From a virus (lineage: Duplodnaviria; Caudoviricetes), in IMG/VR virus record IMGVR_UViG_3300043414_000452, positions 1-43,658 of that record: DNA of 43,658 nt; one strand, given 5' to 3'. The translations under genes were made by a program, and so were the position numbers. Below, one piece after another: positions 1 through 7,553 of the stretch. Position 1 is the stretch's first letter. Each line of letters opens with the position of its first letter. A model generated the notes under the pieces. It made no database searches and had not been told where the DNA came from. It worked only from the letters and a program-made list of their open reading frames with translations.

Positions 1-182
1 TAGGGGGGGTATGGTAGGCCGGAAGAACCTACTTTCACCCAACGCCATGCTCGGCGGTGCCACTACGCTTCATTACGCACGATCTGACGCCATTTCGTGC
101 ATCAACTGACACGCGACGCGACAACTGCATCGCACGCCACAAATCGCACGCTATTGCGTCGCACCCGCAAGTCACTGTTTTT

Positions 183-593
183 TTACTGAATCCTGACAAT
201 CGTCCTCGCCTCATCGCCCCAAGATTTTTCCACGACAAGTCGTTGCACCTGCGTGTCGTCAAGCCACACGATGAGTGCTAAAGAGTCAAGAATTCCCTTG
301 CTTATGTTGTCGCAATCCGGCCTCGGCAACTTTGGTGCTGTAGCTTTCACGCCACGCTTTGTCATGTGCGACTTCGGTCGTGCGAACACAGCGTCGATGA
401 CAACGCTGACGCATTCAGTCGTCGGGTCTTCGTCACCCATTGCGACTATCGCAGCCTGCGATATTGCATCGCGGTAGTCGTTGATTGGATGAGCCTTCGG
501 CGTATACGCATGGGCGAACTTGCCGCGAGTCGTGATGCGTGCCCGAGGCTGCGGCACTGGATCGCCTGCGACGCTGAACGTGATTGCCTTCAT
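183..593 (-). CDS. rusA: RusA-family Holliday junction resolvase
   Basis: G-x-P-V-P-Q-x-R-x-R N-terminus; RPDCDNISKGILDSL and DDTQV acidic catalytic motifs. Confidence 0.9.
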   Translation of the reverse strand: MKAITFSVAGDPVPQPRARITTRGKFAHAYTPKAHPINDYRDAISQAAIVAMGDEDPTTECVSVVIDAVFARPKSHMTKRGVKATAPKLPRPDCDNISKGILDSLALIVWLDDTQVQRLVVEKSWGDEARTIVRIQ

Positions 594-632
594 CCACGCA
601 TCATCGCGAGCGTGTCAAGCAAACCTGCGTCA

Positions 633-1487
633 TCAGTTGCCGCAGTAGCCTTCGCACTCGTCTTGGAATCCACTGAACAAGTGACGCTGCCCGCTCTTCT
701 CGTCGGCTGGACGCAGGTCTACTTGGTCAAGCGGTTGGCATGAGCGGTGCAGGTATCGCTGAGAATCGAGCCCTGTTCCTGTGCGGCACACTGTGTCAAT
801 GTGAACGGCACGCTGCCAGCCAACCGGATCGGTGTCACGTAGCCGACGCCACTCCTCGTCACGCTTGAACGGGCAGAACACGCACGCCGAGCGTGGCACT
901 TCGTGCGGCACCTTTGACTTCAGGTAATCAATGCAGTCGCCTCTCGTCATCTCCAAATCCCAGAGCGGAAACTCGATCCGCCAATTGCTTGGCTTGGCTA
1001 GGAATCGCTGCTTCACCCTGATGACACGCTTTGGCTCGTCATACGAGAGCCCCATGTATTGCGTTACTATCACGTCTTTCGGAATTGGCCTTCCTGGCTC
1101 AACGCCGCAAACCTGCGTTCTGATTGCCCGCTCTACAGGGACTATCTTGAAGTCTTTCGTGCATTGACGCTGTATCGTTCCACGGTCGCCGTTGGGGTGG
1201 AGAGTGAACGCCGGGATTGATATGTAGTGCCCGCCGTCTGTTCGCTTGTTGCCATTCGCATCGCTGCCCTTGTCTAAGGCATCGCCGAGCCTGCCAGCCG
1301 TCACGCGCAGGATCGGTGGGCCGCCAAGAGATTCCATCCACTCAAGATGGCGATATACGTCATCAGGTTCTTCTTGGACGTCAGCAAAGATTGCCACGTC
1401 AATGGGGTGGATATCGCCCGCCATCGCGAGCAGATACAGAGCCGTGGACTGAACGCATGCACCGAGATTGAGAATGTGTTTTTCCAT
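633..1487 (-). CDS. PAPS-reductase-like (adenine nucleotide alpha-hydrolase) protein with Cys motifs
   Basis: LNLGACVQST PP-loop variant, IFAD, RQCTKDFKI, RSACVFCPF and C-terminal ECEGYCG. Start moved to MEKHIL (ATG 1487). Confidence 0.75.
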   Translation of the reverse strand: MEKHILNLGACVQSTALYLLAMAGDIHPIDVAIFADVQEEPDDVYRHLEWMESLGGPPILRVTAGRLGDALDKGSDANGNKRTDGGHYISIPAFTLHPNGDRGTIQRQCTKDFKIVPVERAIRTQVCGVEPGRPIPKDVIVTQYMGLSYDEPKRVIRVKQRFLAKPSNWRIEFPLWDLEMTRGDCIDYLKSKVPHEVPRSACVFCPFKRDEEWRRLRDTDPVGWQRAVHIDTVCRTGTGLDSQRYLHRSCQPLDQVDLRPADEKSGQRHLFSGFQDECEGYCGN

Positions 1488-1509
1488 GCTTTGCAGCATG
1501 GAGACACTG

Positions 1510-1713
1510 TCAAGCAAACCTGCTTGAGTGGATGATCTCGAAGTGCCTCATCACCTGACGCAGTCGTTGTCCGTCCCAGATCTCGTCAACGGCGTACGCA
1601 TGGATGACAGCGCCATTGGCGAGGTAGTAAACGGCGACGCCCACTTGGACGGGCCGTAAAGCGCCGTCCAGTGGGCCGCCGAGGAACTCGACTGTGAGCC
1701 ACTCTGGTTTCAT
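1510..1713 (-). CDS. Small hypothetical protein (GGPLDG motif)
   Basis: MKPEWLTVEFLGGPLDG; ATGA overlap with the upstream gene; GGPxDG is a common small phage-protein motif. Confidence 0.65.
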   Translation of the reverse strand: MKPEWLTVEFLGGPLDGALRPVQVGVAVYYLANGAVIHAYAVDEIWDGQRLRQVMRHFEIIHSSRFA

Positions 1714-2036
1714 TCGTACCGAATCACGGCGAACCAGCCACGCGGGCCGCGAGCGACGCCCTTTTCCACGATGCGATAGCGCCCTCGCATGGCATCGCGA
1801 TAGAAGCACGACGACTCCACTGCCTGCTGCGCCGAGCTCGATGAGAATCCGATTCCCTCTCGTCTTCCACCAGCTGTGCCGCAATGACGCAGCACGCCGC
1901 TGCGTGCCATGATCTCAGCGTCCTGCTGGGCCGATGTGATATTTACCCGCCTGGCGTGGACGATCACGTCCTGCCCAAACATGACACCGGGGGGGGTGGC
2001 ACATATAAACGCGAGAGCCAAAACAATCCGTTGCAT
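1710..2036 (-). CDS. Secreted protein, degenerate CAP/SCP-like
   Basis: Signal peptide MQRIVLALAFICAT; AQQDAEIMARSGVLRH...EGIG...GWFAVIRY pattern; RBS-like AAAGGG upstream. Confidence 0.55.
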   Translation of the reverse strand: MQRIVLALAFICATPPGVMFGQDVIVHARRVNITSAQQDAEIMARSGVLRHCGTAGGRREGIGFSSSSAQQAVESSCFYRDAMRGRYRIVEKGVARGPRGWFAVIRYE

Positions 2037-2100
2037 AATCTGCCCTTTCATCCTTGGGAAAGCCTCACCGTGAGGCACTGCGACCACGGTAGCGACGGTG

Positions 2101-2415
2101 TCAACCAATCCCGTGAAAGCGGAAGCCGTCCCAAGAGTATTTCGGGATGCTGACTCGCTCGCCCTTCGGCGTCGGCTGCACTCGACGTGCTCGACACTCA
2201 GCAGCACGCTCTGCGATCTGCTCTGGCGTCGGATCGTCAGCGAATATGTCCCGATTTGCCCTCTGGCGATTCGGTAGCTTGTGCCGATCCTTCAGCTTGC
2301 TCACAAACGACTGCGAACAGCCAAGGGCGGCGGCGATCTCTTGGTATGAGTCGCCGCGCGCCCAAAGCCGATGCAGTGTGAGAGTGCAATACTCAGTCTC
2401 ACGTCCTTGCGTCAT
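2101..2415 (-). CDS. HTH transcription regulator (GcrA/sigma-r4-like HTH)
   Basis: LWARGDSYQEIAAALGCSQSFVSK helix-turn-helix; TAATG overlap with the dnaN stop. Confidence 0.65.
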   Translation of the reverse strand: MTQGRETEYCTLTLHRLWARGDSYQEIAAALGCSQSFVSKLKDRHKLPNRQRANRDIFADDPTPEQIAERAAECRARRVQPTPKGERVSIPKYSWDGFRFHGIG

Positions 2416-3542
2416 TAGCCGTCCACCGCCAGCGGCATGATTACGCCAGTGTTGTCGCCGCATCGCAGGATCACGGCAGAGTCAGCGTTGACGGCTTCGA
2501 CCTCGACGTTTGGATCTGCGTCGCCGGCTATGCCGTTCAACCACTCTGTGACGAACGCCGGGTCCAGCTTCACGCTCGCTTTGTCGCCAGCGTCAACGAT
2601 CTCGCAGGTGACGGATGACTCGCCCTTCTCGGAACTCTTGCCCTGCAACCAGATGCCGTCAGCAGAGAAGGCGAACTGCACGCCTTTGCTCTCGTCAGAC
2701 GAGCAGATTGCAGCCGCACGGGTCGCAGCGAACAGAGACGCACGCTCAACCGTCGTCGGCTTTGCGTCACGCTCTGGGACAACGTCACGCCAACGCGGGA
2801 ACTTCCCCTCAAGCAGCGACGCCGTCACCTTGGCTGTCCCGATGGTGGCGACGATTTCCTTGCCGGTCGCCTCCAGCTGCACGCTCTCATCACCTGCGTG
2901 ATCCGCGAGCCGTGCAATGATTGCCATCACGCGAGCCGGCACGAGCGTCTGCGACTCGTCTACCGCCTGGTCGTGGTCGCACTGCACAGACGCCAGCCGC
3001 CTGCCGTCCGTTGCCACAAAAGTGACAACGTCGCCCTTCACCTCGATCAGCACAGCACCGAGGGCGAACCGGCTCGACTCGGCATCTGCGGCGAATACGA
3101 CTCCTTTCACCGCACGCACGAACTGATCGGCAGGCAACCGAACAACCTGCCTGACGCCTACCGGCTCCCACGTTGGGTACTCGGCGATGTCTTCCGTTGG
3201 CAGCGTCCAAGTCCCGTGGCCCGCCTTGATCACGCACGACGTAGCATCCGGCGTGATGGTGATTTCGTCGCCAGAGAAACTTCCGAGGATGGCGGCGAAA
3301 CGATCTTTCGGCAGTAGGAAATTGATGCCGGGGGGGGCGTCTAGTTCGACGTCGATGCGGATCTCGCCGTCACTCCCAGAGAGAACTCCGTCCGATAGGA
3401 GCACGTTCTGGAGCACGGGACGTACCGACTTTCCCGGCACTGCTGCCGCTACGGCGTTCAGCGCCGCCTTCAGTGCTGGTGCCGACAGGGTCGTGCCACC
3501 AGCCTTTGTCTTCTTTCGTTCCTTCGTTGCTGCTGTAGTCAT
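2415..3542 (-). CDS. dnaN: DNA polymerase III beta sliding clamp
   Basis: RPVLQNVLL, SRFALGAVL, VATDGRRLA, LEGKFPRWRDVVP and C-terminal VIMPL; 375 aa. Confidence 0.92.
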   Translation of the reverse strand: MTTAATKERKKTKAGGTTLSAPALKAALNAVAAAVPGKSVRPVLQNVLLSDGVLSGSDGEIRIDVELDAPPGINFLLPKDRFAAILGSFSGDEITITPDATSCVIKAGHGTWTLPTEDIAEYPTWEPVGVRQVVRLPADQFVRAVKGVVFAADAESSRFALGAVLIEVKGDVVTFVATDGRRLASVQCDHDQAVDESQTLVPARVMAIIARLADHAGDESVQLEATGKEIVATIGTAKVTASLLEGKFPRWRDVVPERDAKPTTVERASLFAATRAAAICSSDESKGVQFAFSADGIWLQGKSSEKGESSVTCEIVDAGDKASVKLDPAFVTEWLNGIAGDADPNVEVEAVNADSAVILRCGDNTGVIMPLAVDG

Positions 3543-3642
3543 GTCTTGCGTCCTTTCGAAGACTTGCCCCAATCAAAATGCCCACCGTGAACGTCACGGC
3601 GTGGAGAACCGAACCGATGAAAATGAATGCGAAGTCGCTCAC
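3370..3642 (-). CDS. Small membrane protein overlapping the 5' end of dnaN
   Basis: GTGA overlap with the previous gene; hydrophobic FAFIFIGSVLHAVTFTVGILIG segment. Confidence 0.45.
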   Translation of the reverse strand: MSDFAFIFIGSVLHAVTFTVGILIGASLRKDARHDYSSNEGTKEDKGWWHDPVGTSTEGGAERRSGSSAGKVGTSRAPERAPIGRSSLWE

Positions 3643-3830
3643 AGCCCCACCCCCGACTTCTCAATGACGATTGCCAGCCTGACGTTCCTGTCCAGCGAGT
3701 CCGCCAACTCTCCAGCTGCCGTCTCAAGCAGAATCCGGTCGTCGTCAGTGACGCCGTCGTCCCACGCACGCTGCATCAGCGCCGCCACGACGTCACGGGG
3801 CGAACCCTTGAAGACCCAAGAATCGCTCAT
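3639..3830 (-). CDS. Hypothetical protein
   Basis: ATGA-coupled 63 aa ORF within the operon. Confidence 0.6.
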   Translation of the reverse strand: MSDSWVFKGSPRDVVAALMQRAWDDGVTDDDRILLETAAGELADSLDRNVRLAIVIEKSGVGL

Positions 3831-4066
3831 GCGTCACCGCCAATCACTCGCAGCGTCCGAGAGCACCCGTCAACCCACACGACGTGACCCTTGCGACGCA
3901 GCGGGTGCAGGTGGCACATGGTCGCGTTGGGGGTCTTCCACCCGTAGGCGTGCTGAATCTCTCGAACGGTCGGCGAATAGCCGTGCGTGTCGATGTAGCC
4001 GGAAATCCAATCCAGCACGTCCTGCTGGCGTGGCGTGAGCGGCTGGCGTTCTGTTGTCGTGGTCAT
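3827..4066 (-). CDS. LexA-type DNA-binding domain protein (no peptidase domain)
   Basis: LTPRQQDVLDWI...GYSPTVREI...HLHPLRRKG...SRTLRV matches the LexA N-terminal winged HTH; ATGA overlap. Confidence 0.85.
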   Translation of the reverse strand: MTTTTERQPLTPRQQDVLDWISGYIDTHGYSPTVREIQHAYGWKTPNATMCHLHPLRRKGHVVWVDGCSRTLRVIGGDA

Positions 4067-4998
4067 TGCGTCACCTCTTCCTTGAGTCTCACACTGGATG
4101 CAAGCGCAGCGACCGTGCTGCCCTGCCGTTGGTCGTGACGCCAAGCCGCGTGCTCGGCGTCGGACATGCTTTTCTGAGAGTCCGACCGGAAGAACCGGCG
4201 ATTCGCCTGCCCCTGCGGTGGTGGCCTGTCGTCAGGTCGAGCACCAGGCGTACGGTTCGTGCCGCCACGATCCTGCGAGCGAGTAAGCCAAGAGACGACG
4301 AAACGTCGCCAGTTGCTCTTGTGTGCCTTTGTCGGGTTGGCTTTGAGCCACGAGCCTGCCTTGGCGAGTTCTGCCGTCAGATCGCACGCTGGGTACGCCT
4401 GACGCCATTCCTGCCGGTCTGCGTCCGTGATCCCCTGCCACCCTGCGTCAGCATTCCAAGAAACGGCGTCTGCGGGCTGCGAGCGTGTCCGACGCTTCGG
4501 CGGTTCGCTCGTAGCTACCGGCGCAGCCGGTTGTATTTCTGTATTCTCCTGTCCTGTCCTGTCCTCTCCTGTCCTGTCCTGTGGTGACGGCGATGCGTCA
4601 CCACACTGTGACGGTGGTGCGTCACACCCCTGTGACGGTGCAGCGTCACGCGGGCGTCCTCGGTAGGAATCCTGACGCCGAGCGTGCAGGGCGCGAGCCT
4701 TAGCAGAGCCAGAAAACCGCTTTTCCCAGCCTTCTATGACGATTCTGTCGCCGACGAACGTGATCCAGCCGGTACGCTCAACCGCCACCCAGAACGCCTC
4801 GTCACCGCCGGCGACCGACGCCACCCGCCGGGGCGTGGCCCGGATTGTGCCGTCGGAAGAGTTGAGCGCAGCCCATGACCACAGCTGAACCAGACGCCAG
4901 CACACCACCTCGACGGGTAGCCCAGTCTCGTCCACCAGTTCGAGCACCTCGGGCTTCGTGCCAAGGTTGCAGTCAAGGGGAATCCATTCACCTGCCAT
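4063..4998 (-). CDS. Phage replication initiator / replisome organiser
   Basis: MAGEWI...KPEV...LWSWA N-terminus, internal iterons, and C-terminal AELAKAGSWLKANPTKAHKSNWRRFVVSWL domain. Confidence 0.8.
   Translation of the reverse strand: MAGEWIPLDCNLGTKPEVLELVDETGLPVEVVCWRLVQLWSWAALNSSDGTIRATPRRVASVAGGDEAFWVAVERTGWITFVGDRIVIEGWEKRFSGSAKARALHARRQDSYRGRPRDAAPSQGCDAPPSQCGDASPSPQDRTGEDRTGQENTEIQPAAPVATSEPPKRRTRSQPADAVSWNADAGWQGITDADRQEWRQAYPACDLTAELAKAGSWLKANPTKAHKSNWRRFVVSWLTRSQDRGGTNRTPGARPDDRPPPQGQANRRFFRSDSQKSMSDAEHAAWRHDQRQGSTVAALASSVRLKEEVTQ
4548..4649. repeat. Replication-origin iterons inside the initiator gene
   Basis: Three palindromic GTGACG-N6-CGTCAC units at 4584, 4608 and 4632 (24-bp period), next to a run of CCTGT pentamers (4548-4582). 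Confidence 0.8.
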
Positions 4999-5010
4999 GC
5001 GTGGCGCTCC

Positions 5011-5475
5011 TCAGAATGAAACGAGTTCAAGAAACTTTGCAGCGTCATGCTGCGACTCAAGCCACTTGTTGGCGTCAGCTGGATTTAACGCCCACTTAGT
5101 AACAAGCTGCTGCCACTGCTCATTGTTCAGCAGTACGCTCTTCGTTCCGCTGGCGAAGTAGACAGTGCACGACTCAACATCGAGTGCCGTGTCGATTTGG
5201 CGGTCCTTCGGAACGCTGTGCCTGCATACAGCAACAGCGTCCGCATTCGGACGCCGTGCCAGCCTTGTGTATGCGAGTTCCTGGCCCCTAGAAAGACAGT
5301 CAATTGAGTTGCAGTCGCGGCTGAACTCCGCGAACAAAAAGCAGCCGCTCGACTCTACGAAAAAGTCGATGTCGCTTGGAGTAATGCCCCTTGCCAGAAT
5401 CCAGCCAGAATGATCCAGCATCTTTCCTTGCGCGTACGCCTCTACTGACAGAATTTTTCCACCTGACTGACTCAT
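5011..5475 (-). CDS. Hypothetical protein, PD-(D/E)xK-nuclease-like
   Basis: TPSDIDFFVE...FLFAEFS resembles a PD...E-x-K core with Ser in place of Lys; TAATG-coupled to the methyltransferase. Confidence 0.45.
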   Translation of the reverse strand: MSQSGGKILSVEAYAQGKMLDHSGWILARGITPSDIDFFVESSGCFLFAEFSRDCNSIDCLSRGQELAYTRLARRPNADAVAVCRHSVPKDRQIDTALDVESCTVYFASGTKSVLLNNEQWQQLVTKWALNPADANKWLESQHDAAKFLELVSF

Positions 5476-6587
5476 TAGAAAGCCTCCATGCAAAACCCAA
5501 ACTGCGAGAACGCACGAGCGAACTCGTCAGGATTCGGGCCGAGATAAAGAATTGCTTGGCCTTGAAGTGGCACTGCGACCTTTCGCGGATGCCAAAACTT
5601 CACGCGGCCCTTCGGAAAACACGCGGCAGACGCCTGCTCGGCAATCGACTGAAACCACCTCGTTTCGGTGGCGTTATTCACCAGCACGATGGCACTGGTG
5701 ACGTTGCCGCTCGCGTAGGAGTCGCACAGCTTTTCGGCAAATTGGCCTACGAGCCCGGACTCATACGGCGGATTCATCCACACCGTGCCGTACCAGTCCT
5801 TGTCGAGCCCGCTGTCTTCAGCTGTGTAGAAAGTCGCGGCCCGAACGATGTCGTTTGCCAAAGGATTGGACGCAGGATCTAAGTCAATCTCGTCGAGCAC
5901 CTGGCGGGCGGCTTCGATGTATTCCTTCGGGGTATACCACTCGTTGTCGCCGCTGTTGTTGGCAACGTGCGGGCGAGTCTTCACGGCCTCGACGGCTTCG
6001 GCAACCTGCTCATCCGTTGGTTGATCTGGCAACGCCTTCGCAGCCGCTACAATCTCGTGCTTAGGTGCGTCGATCTCACCAGCAACGATTTCACGCTCAA
6101 TGCCAAGCGTCTCGACAGCCTCCGCGAATTCGCCGTCCCTGCGGATGGTGGCCTGGCTTACGCCGTGCTCGGTGGCAAGTGCCTCGGCTGTTCTCAAGTG
6201 CTCATTTTGAGCACTTGGCTCACGCTTGCCTCCGTGCTCCTTCTTCGTCCTGTTGTACCGCCGACCACGCAATAGGCTCTTGTGCCGTTCATCAAGGTTC
6301 CGCCTGCCGAGCTGATTCTTGTCGATCCAGTCCTCGACATCGGATCTGTTCTTAAATCGCAGTTCGTGGATGTCGAATGGAAGTCCGAGCCGCGTGCAGA
6401 TTTCGTAGCGGTTGTGCCCGTCGATGAGGGTAAGCGTTCCGGCCTTGGCCCACACAACGAGCGGGTCGCGTGCGCCGCCGTGCTCGACGATTAGCTCTTC
6501 AAGCTGCTGCCGCTCCTCAGCAGACAGCGGCTCAAGCATTGCGGCAAAGCCTTCGTCAATCTTGATGTCATCCCATACTTGCGGCAT
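5475..6587 (-). CDS. ParB-like domain fused to a phage Dam-type N6-adenine DNA methyltransferase
   Basis: N-terminal LIDGHNRY and NQLGRRNL plus an HTH; C-terminal NEWYTP, DLDPAS and WMNPPY; AGGAGG RBS. Confidence 0.88.
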   Translation of the reverse strand: MPQVWDDIKIDEGFAAMLEPLSAEERQQLEELIVEHGGARDPLVVWAKAGTLTLIDGHNRYEICTRLGLPFDIHELRFKNRSDVEDWIDKNQLGRRNLDERHKSLLRGRRYNRTKKEHGGKREPSAQNEHLRTAEALATEHGVSQATIRRDGEFAEAVETLGIEREIVAGEIDAPKHEIVAAAKALPDQPTDEQVAEAVEAVKTRPHVANNSGDNEWYTPKEYIEAARQVLDEIDLDPASNPLANDIVRAATFYTAEDSGLDKDWYGTVWMNPPYESGLVGQFAEKLCDSYASGNVTSAIVLVNNATETRWFQSIAEQASAACFPKGRVKFWHPRKVAVPLQGQAILYLGPNPDEFARAFSQFGFCMEAF

Positions 6588-6656
6588 ACCTGCCTCCTTG
6601 CGTGTCGTAATGTTCCAACCGTGTTACTGTGCGTCATGCGTCAAGCATCACGCGGC

Positions 6657-7553
6657 TCATGCCACAGCCTCCGGTGCATCGAACAGCGTCCTGCTGTTCG
6701 CCTTGTGCGTCCGCTCGGCCTTCGCCAGATTCCTCAATGCCTGAGCGTGGTACTCGGGCTTCAGTTCGCAGCCGTAGAAGCGGCGGCCTTGTTGCAGCGA
6801 CACGTATCCCTCGCTGCCGATGCCGGTGAAGGGGCTGAACACCACCTCATCGGGGTTGCTGTAGAGCCTGACGAGCCTGTCAATCACATCCAGCTGTAGC
6901 GGGCAGATGTGCTTGGTGTCTTCCTCGCTGCGTGCCTCTTTGACGTTGAGCGTGTTCGTCTCGCGGATGTCGCTCCAGCAGCATTCGGCCCAGTCAATCC
7001 ACTCGTTCCGCGAAACGTCGCCATCAGAGTCGATGGCTACTTCGTTCTCTCCCGGCGCACGGAACTTGATTAGGTAGTCGGGCAGGCATCCACGCTGCTT
7101 CGCCCTGTCACTCTCAAGGCCGGCGAACTGCAACTCACGGCTGCGAGTGCGGATTGCCTGCGCCTGTGGATTCTTCCGCACCACCCAGTCGTATTCGTAG
7201 ACAAGCCCGGCACGCTCGCCGAGCCGGATGTTGAGTCCACGGTAGTCGTGCAGTCCGACTTCGCCGGAACGCTTCAGCCTCGGGATCTGCATGACATGGA
7301 CGACAACAGCCCGGCCCGGCTTCAGCACGCGAGCCAGCCCGCGAAAGAAGTAGGACAGGTGAATCTTGGCTTCGCCTTTCATGTTCTCGCTGTTGCCGAT
7401 GTCCTCAGCTTTCGACGTGTACGAAAACAGGCTAGGAAACGGAGGCGAGAACACCGAGAAATCAACAGACGCCGGGGGCATCTCTTCGAGCATGTGCGGA
7501 ATACAGTCGCCTTGGTGAACGGCGTATTTGTGGTCATCGTGTAGAAGATTCAT
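6657..7553 (-). CDS. DNA methyltransferase, N6_N4 family, beta class (SPPF suggests m4C)
   Basis: GDC...FSPPF catalytic motif before HICPLQ and the PFTGIGSEG SAM-binding motif. Confidence 0.9.
   Translation of the reverse strand: MNLLHDDHKYAVHQGDCIPHMLEEMPPASVDFSVFSPPFPSLFSYTSKAEDIGNSENMKGEAKIHLSYFFRGLARVLKPGRAVVVHVMQIPRLKRSGEVGLHDYRGLNIRLGERAGLVYEYDWVVRKNPQAQAIRTRSRELQFAGLESDRAKQRGCLPDYLIKFRAPGENEVAIDSDGDVSRNEWIDWAECCWSDIRETNTLNVKEARSEEDTKHICPLQLDVIDRLVRLYSNPDEVVFSPFTGIGSEGYVSLQQGRRFYGCELKPEYHAQALRNLAKAERTHKANSRTLFDAPEAVA

Noticed and set aside
35-262. 75 aa ORF as small terminase
   Set aside because: Overlaps rusA, has no HTH or coiled-coil character and no RBS.
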